From a virus (lineage: Duplodnaviria; Caudoviricetes), in IMG/VR virus record IMGVR_UViG_3300035208_004923, positions 224,001 through 288,000 of that record: a stretch of DNA of 64,000 nt, one strand, 5' to 3'. The notes under the pieces were generated by a model. It did not search any database. It was not told where the DNA came from and worked only from the letters and a program-made list of their open reading frames with translations. Below are positions 60,437-64,000 of this stretch, one piece after another (positions within the stretch are counted from its first letter, which is position 1; the number at the start of each line of letters is the position of its first letter). The translations under genes and the position numbers were made by a program.

Positions 60437-61162
60437 TTAATAATATTTTACAATCTGTTGATTTCCGTTATATACTTCGTCAGCTAATTGCTTTAATTTA
60501 TCGTTTATATTTTGAGTAAAAACATTTTCAGATATGCGAATAAGCCTATACGAATTAAGTATACACCATTTTTCTAATGCCGCATCTTTATCTTGTTTTT
60601 CTTTTAATTGATTATGAATGTTTTTAAAATGCCATATGCCATCGTATTCGATGCATACCTTTAATTTATTTGAATATAAATCTCGAGATATCCTATATTC
60701 ATCAATATTTAAGTTTCCGCCAAATGTCCAATTATCGTCAGGATATTCAGATTTAAAAAAATCTCGTATAATTAATTCATTTTTTGATGAAAACCTTTTA
60801 TTTTTTAAATGACTACTTGTTGTTAATTGCAAATTGCTATTAGTTTTCCACGCTTGCTTTAAACTTAAGCTCATCTTATTACGAGTTTCTATTGAATGAT
60901 TTCGTGTATTGCTACATGAAACTGAACAATAATACTTTTCTTTGCATTTATTTTCATGCTCTTTTATCGAAAATGATTTCCCACAAATATGGCACGAAAC
61001 GATTTTTTCTATAATTTCGCCATTAATCTTTTTATACCGATTAATGGCGTTTTCTTTATTTTTTGCAATGCTTGCAATATTGTCTTTATGCGCCCACCGT
61101 ATATGATTTGCGTATAATGAATGATTTTCAAATCCCATTCCGCAAGTTTCACATTTTTTCAT
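60437..61162 (-). CDS. Free-standing Vsr/DUF559-like homing endonuclease
   Basis: C2H2/CxxC fingers, HSIETRNKMS (NUMOD-like), IEYDGIWH, RLIRI. Confidence 0.7.
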   Translation of the reverse strand: MKKCETCGMGFENHSLYANHIRWAHKDNIASIAKNKENAINRYKKINGEIIEKIVSCHICGKSFSIKEHENKCKEKYYCSVSCSNTRNHSIETRNKMSLSLKQAWKTNSNLQLTTSSHLKNKRFSSKNELIIRDFFKSEYPDDNWTFGGNLNIDEYRISRDLYSNKLKVCIEYDGIWHFKNIHNQLKEKQDKDAALEKWCILNSYRLIRISENVFTQNINDKLKQLADEVYNGNQQIVKYY

Positions 61163-61247
61163 AACATATTTTATTTATCAAATTGGATGTGAAAGAACTC
61201 GAACTAATAAATAAAACGGTTGCCTACTGTTGTAAGCAACCGTTTTG

Positions 61248-61906
61248 TGGAGGTGCGGGGATTCGCAAATGTTATCAATATGTTTCCATATTGTTCAGAC
61301 TATATCATCAACTGATTAATAACGATTAATCAGTGTCGGGCGCTTTATCCTGTTATTAAGGAAACTGTATTCCTCAGGTAGTCGTTGAACCTTCACAAAT
61401 TGTAATTTGCGCTTGGCTGCTGATTGGCATATTCAATTGAACTTAGCGTTCCAGCAATTCACCCGATTTATTTTTACTTGGTGTCACCACCAAGGGGGTC
61501 CAATTCCCATTTAAACCCCGGTCCTAGCAAACGAGCCAAAAGCTCTCTACGTGCGTGTGTTATTTTTGGTATTCGACAATTTCATCAATGAGAATAACCT
61601 GAAACTCGATGAATTGGTTTTAACAACAAAAAGTCATATACAAAATGATGTTGTTATCACATTAAGATATGTTACCAAATTGTTTGAAACCCACATATGA
61701 TTGCGTTAGGTAAATTGCAATCGAAGGTTGCTCTTTGCTTAATCTGATTAAGCAGCCATTAGCATTGACTCTCTTTCGAAAGTTGCTATTGAACGAAGTG
61801 CATTGTTAATAGTTTTGCCTATTATGGTTTTGTACGATATATGATTAGTACAATCATCAGCACGCGAACTTCGAACACTGAAAGCAGTCAAAAGCCGGTC
61901 ACCCCC
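61248..61906 (-). ncRNA. ssrA: tmRNA interrupted by a group I intron
   Basis: 5' GGGGGTGACCGGCTTTTGAC; acceptor GGGGGTG/CACCTCC-A with G3:U70; T arm CGGGG-TT|CGAAT-CCCCG after splicing; tag ORF 61819-61748 GKTINNALRSIATFERESMLMAA*. Confidence 0.92.
61266..61513 (-). mobile_element. Group I intron (248 nt, no ORF) in tmRNA T-loop
   Basis: P AATTGCTGGAA, Q AATCAGCAG, R GTTCAACGACTA, S GATATAGTCT; P1 GGGGUU/GACCCC with U:G at splice site; terminal G. Confidence 0.92.
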
Positions 61907-61922
61907 TTATTTGTTGTTTAAT

Positions 61923-61948
61923 TTATATACATTAAGATTCAATAGTTT
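61923..61948 (-). promoter_or_regulatory. Bipartite promoter AAAC-N14-GTATATAA (representative of 10 copies)
   Basis: Same spacing at 16329, 20043, 28930, 29424, 31547, 37449, 47133, 54696 (minus) and 48882 (plus). Confidence 0.8.
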
Positions 61949-62129
61949 TTCTGTAATGAAAATCAATTGGTCTAGATGCAAGTGGAAGAATACTGAAACT
62001 ATCAGTAATTTTTTCTGCATCTGCAATAACTTTTTTTAATTCAATTCCTTCAGATATTATTTCGCGTTTGCTATTTAAAGCAACGTATTTCGATTCTGAA
62101 TTTTTTGGCGTAATTTTTATCGCTGTCAT
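61932..62129 (-). CDS. Hypothetical protein
   Basis: 65-aa ORF. Confidence 0.5.
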   Translation of the reverse strand: MTAIKITPKNSESKYVALNSKREIISEGIELKKVIADAEKITDSFSILPLASRPIDFHYRKTIES

Positions 62130-62342
62130 TTAAAATGTTGATTGCATAATTAGTTTTTTAATATCTTCAATTAATGCTGATTTAGCAGCATCTGCGCCGG
62201 GTTTCATATAATTTTCTTTTATCATATGTTCGACAATAACTGTTGCAAGTACTTGCGCACCAGCAGGTTTTTTATCGCCCGCAACTTGAACCATTGCTTC
62301 ATTAACTGAATATTCTTCAATTGTTGGTATTCTTCTTTCCAT
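62130..62342 (-). CDS. Leader-bearing putative internal head protein
   Basis: MERRIPTIEEYSVNEA. Confidence 0.65.
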   Translation of the reverse strand: MERRIPTIEEYSVNEAMVQVAGDKKPAGAQVLATVIVEHMIKENYMKPGADAAKSALIEDIKKLIMQSTF

Positions 62343-62356
62343 TATCTTAATTATTT

Positions 62357-62626
62357 TTAAATTTCATTTTCATCAATTACTTTGCAATTCTTTGCATTTT
62401 TGTCAATGAATTTTAATAATCTTTCATCAAGATAATTGTCAAAAAGTATAACCAAGTTTTCGTTTTCAAATTTAACGATTACTTCAGGTTCTTTGAATTT
62501 TCGAGATGCTCTGTATTGCAACTCATGAAGTTCATTAATATCGCCTGAAATTTTCATTCTCTTTTGATGAACCTTTCCGTTCTTTTTTGTAAACTCGGAA
62601 ATACTGTATAATCTTTTAAATGCCAT
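62357..62626 (-). CDS. Hypothetical protein with divergent leader
   Basis: MAFKRLYSISEF; GAATATATAA upstream. Confidence 0.55.
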   Translation of the reverse strand: MAFKRLYSISEFTKKNGKVHQKRMKISGDINELHELQYRASRKFKEPEVIVKFENENLVILFDNYLDERLLKFIDKNAKNCKVIDENEI

Positions 62627-62663
62627 TTGCGTAATTTTTATTATATATTCGCAAACACATTGA

Positions 62664-63284
62664 TTAATAGCCGTATTTCGATATGTCTTCGTATGTTTCT
62701 TTCGGTAATGAACCTGATGTCCAAGAACCTGTACGAATTGACATACTGTTCAAATATAGAGAATGCAATTTTTTCATTGCCAAATTCGCAGAATGCTTAG
62801 CAAGTTTGCTGTATTCTTCCCATTTTTTATTGTCGCCATCAAAGTACTCTTGTATTTTAGACGGTATGAATGCAATAGCAATCGAATTTTCATTGTCATC
62901 AATAACAGCAGCAATTATGCTATTGTTGCAAATAATTTCACAATTGTTAAAATTTTCAGATGACAATTCCTCAGCATTTGTGTGTTCTTCTTTTGCACCT
63001 AAAATTTCGCAAACATCTGAAATAAATGAATCAATAAATTCTTCATTTCTATCATTCAAGAATTCTGTAATTTCGTTTTCTTTAATAACGATAGGAAGTA
63101 AACATTCAACGATAGTTCTTTTGCAACAAAAACATTTCTTTTGTTTTATTAAGTTATTTATTGCATCGCGTTTTTCATTCATGATTGCATTTTCAGCTTC
63201 TTCCCAACTAACGCCTTTATTTACATAGTACGTGGAAACACCTACATAATTAAAATTTCCTAATTGAACGTTTCCTTTTCCCAT
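62664..63284 (-). CDS. Hypothetical protein
   Basis: 206-aa ORF. Confidence 0.55.
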   Translation of the reverse strand: MGKGNVQLGNFNYVGVSTYYVNKGVSWEEAENAIMNEKRDAINNLIKQKKCFCCKRTIVECLLPIVIKENEITEFLNDRNEEFIDSFISDVCEILGAKEEHTNAEELSSENFNNCEIICNNSIIAAVIDDNENSIAIAFIPSKIQEYFDGDNKKWEEYSKLAKHSANLAMKKLHSLYLNSMSIRTGSWTSGSLPKETYEDISKYGY

Positions 63285-63286
63285 GA

Positions 63287-64000
63287 TTATTTTTTAGTAT
63301 ATGCGTCAATTTGTTGTCCTACTTGCCACATTGCAAATTCTATAGTTTTCTTATCACCTATTGCTTTTATCGGATTATCCGATATTTTAACAGCAGGTAA
63401 TCCATCGCATTCCGTTAATTTGATAACGATATTCATCGGTTTTATGTCAGGTAAATCATTTGTAAACCAAGTTCCGATTGCAGGTCCTCTTCGAATTTCG
63501 CCTACACGATATGCCATTACCTTTTCAACTTCTTCCCAATTCATTCCGTCAGAGTATGTTATGGTTTTAGTTGTTGGGTCGATTCCTAATTTTTTATAAT
63601 GTGCAATCATTTTATCCATGTAAACTAATGGATCGCCAGAATCATGACGTGTTCCTGTGAATAAATTTGCAAACATTGAATCAAAATCGACTAAGAATGC
63701 GTCGGTTGTAAATGTGTCAGGAAGTGCAATTCCTAGGTTACCATTATAAACCGACACCCATGATTGCATTGCATGGCGATTTGGATGAGAATAACCAAAC
63801 ATTGCAGCATGAGCAGAAACCCATTCATGAGCAAATGTTCCAATTGCTTTTATTCCGTATGCGCACGCAAGTTCAACATTTGATGTTCCAAGTAATGTAT
63901 CTTCAGCATAATCAACAAAAGTTTTTACAACGTTTTCATGATTACGTGGAGAATATGCTCTACGTGTTCCAAATTCAGCAAAAGGTATTGAATTCATGCG
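63287..64000 (-). CDS. pncB: Nicotinate phosphoribosyltransferase, N-terminus outside window
   Basis: EFGTRR, GTSNV, GTFAHEW, DTF, RHDSGDP, IGT, VKISD. Confidence 0.88.
   Translation of the reverse strand, partial: RMNSIPFAEFGTRRAYSPRNHENVVKTFVDYAEDTLLGTSNVELACAYGIKAIGTFAHEWVSAHAAMFGYSHPNRHAMQSWVSVYNGNLGIALPDTFTTDAFLVDFDSMFANLFTGTRHDSGDPLVYMDKMIAHYKKLGIDPTTKTITYSDGMNWEEVEKVMAYRVGEIRRGPAIGTWFTNDLPDIKPMNIVIKLTECDGLPAVKISDNPIKAIGDKKTIEFAMWQVGQQIDAYTKK

Noticed and set aside
1-64000. Stop-codon reassignment (TAG or TGA) as in some megaphages
   Set aside because: Conserved genes are full length in the standard code with dense packing; no read-through is needed

Overview
AT-rich, gene-dense, mostly minus-strand segment of a large T4-superfamily (jumbo/mega) myophage. 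Standard genetic code; a Bacteroidota-like host is inferred only from the scarcity of Shine-Dalgarno sites and the tmRNA tag style. It contains a baseplate module (gp5/gp27/gp53-like), gp23 major capsid and gp21 protease-scaffold genes, a ribosomal-S1-like gene, a cytosine-hypermodification and sugar cluster (dCMP hydroxymethylase-like, dNMP kinase, MazG, C5-MTase, NeuA/NeuB, several glycosyltransferases), PhoH, Hsp20, a DUF2828/TROVE-like gene behind an RNA-hairpin array, three free-standing endonucleases, a NAPRTase and a tmRNA split by a group I intron. The most striking feature is about 20 otherwise unrelated ORFs sharing an N-terminal leader M-x-x-R-I-P-[TS]-[LFI]-D-E-F-I-N-E|S, all downstream of one promoter motif. 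The leader resembles the T4 capsid-targeting sequence plus a gp21 cleavage site, suggesting a large modular virion-cargo system. One cargo is Acb1-like (anti-CBASS), and an exact 539-bp duplication has both breakpoints in the leader DNA. Also notable: stripped or catalytically degenerate paralogs of terminase, capsid and DNA polymerase, a poly-A frameshifted glycosyltransferase, and a shared K-x-K-x-LF terminal motif on putative DNA-modifying enzymes. All assignments come from motif recognition by eye; no database searches were run.
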